Source of the DNA: an uncultured delta proteobacterium
Lineage (GTDB): Bacteria; Desulfobacterota; Binatia; UBA9968
Assembly (NCBI GenBank): GCA_963760795.1
Contig: CAVXEP010000018.1
Location: 32,001 to 96,000 of the forward strand
Length of the DNA stretch: 64,000 bases
Direction of reading: 5' to 3'
In this document: in pieces, positions 63,523 through 64,000 of the stretch
Position numbering within the stretch: the first letter of the stretch is position 1
Layout of the letters: each line of letters opens with the position of its first letter
The notes under the pieces: generated by a model
Seen by the model: the letters and a program-made list of their open reading frames with translations, nothing else
Database searches by the model: none
Told to the model about the DNA's origin: nothing
Translations under genes and position numbers: made by a program

Positions 63523-64000
63523 ATGGCCGACTCACATGCCGTCCCGGAAACACCCGAAGTCATCGCCCTACACAATCGATTGGCGGAATATTCCCTGGGC
63601 GGCCACTGGCAGCCGCGCGAGAAGAATCCCGATTTGGTGCCGCATCTGTGGCCCTGGTCGATCATCCATTCCTGCCTGATGGAGTCCGGCGAAGTGATCA
63701 AGTTGGGCGGCATCGATGACGCCGCCAAACGGCGCACCGTGCAATTGGTCAATCCGTCGTTGACAAATAAGAAGGCGACAACGCGCACGTTGCAGATGTC
63801 GATTCAACTGGTCAAGCCCGGCGAGCGCGCCGAATGCCACCGCCACACCGCGGCGGCGCTGCGCTTTGTCGTCGAAGGCGACGGCACCGGCTACACCAAC
63901 GTCGAAGGCGAGCAGATGCTGATGGAGCCCGGCGATCTCGTGCTTACGCCCCACTGGACCTGGCATGACCATTTTAACTGTGGCGAGAAAAATCTCGTCT
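63523..64000 (+). CDS. Gentisate 1,2-dioxygenase-like cupin; runs off the end of the window
   Basis: Translated by hand: MADSHAVPETPEV…HLWPWS…HRHTAAALRFVVEG…PHWTWHDH; gaggag RBS. Confidence 0.87.
   Translation, partial: MADSHAVPETPEVIALHNRLAEYSLGGHWQPREKNPDLVPHLWPWSIIHSCLMESGEVIKLGGIDDAAKRRTVQLVNPSLTNKKATTRTLQMSIQLVKPGERAECHRHTAAALRFVVEGDGTGYTNVEGEQMLMEPGDLVLTPHWTWHDHFNCGEKNLV

Overview
Bacterial chromosomal window, about 60% GC. The many amidohydrolase, cupin, VOC and ABC solute-binding paralogues and the dense short intergenic repeats suggest a Candidatus Binatia-like organism (inference only). Many genes are broken by single-base frameshifts, most densely at 24-45 kb; I treat these as probable long-read indel errors. 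Layout: (i) 1-5 kb accessory patch with a MazF-type toxin-antitoxin pair inside a duplication of the neighbouring gene's 3' end, a HEPN-like orphan, and an Anbu-like protease plus transglutaminase. (ii) 5-29.6 kb mixed metabolic and regulatory genes, including an ECF sigma/anti-sigma pair and a sigma54 promoter driving a PqqC/CADD-like diiron oxidase. (iii) 29.7-48.7 kb minus-strand run: zinc-ribbon/cyclase/AAA/TPR gene, then a three-gene NRPS with no thioesterase (A-T | C-A-T-C-A-T | docking-C-A-T-C), then a secreted alpha/beta-hydrolase and a small basic protein. Three of the four NRPS adenylation domains lack the canonical alpha-amino-binding Asp; this is the best candidate for an undescribed system. 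(iv) 48.7-64 kb putative aromatic ring-cleavage cluster with three gentisate-type cupins, a NahE/PhdJ-like aldolase, amidohydrolases, ABC parts and a NorQ/NorD-like pair with no known client nearby. No rRNA, tRNA, CRISPR array, integrase or transposase was seen.
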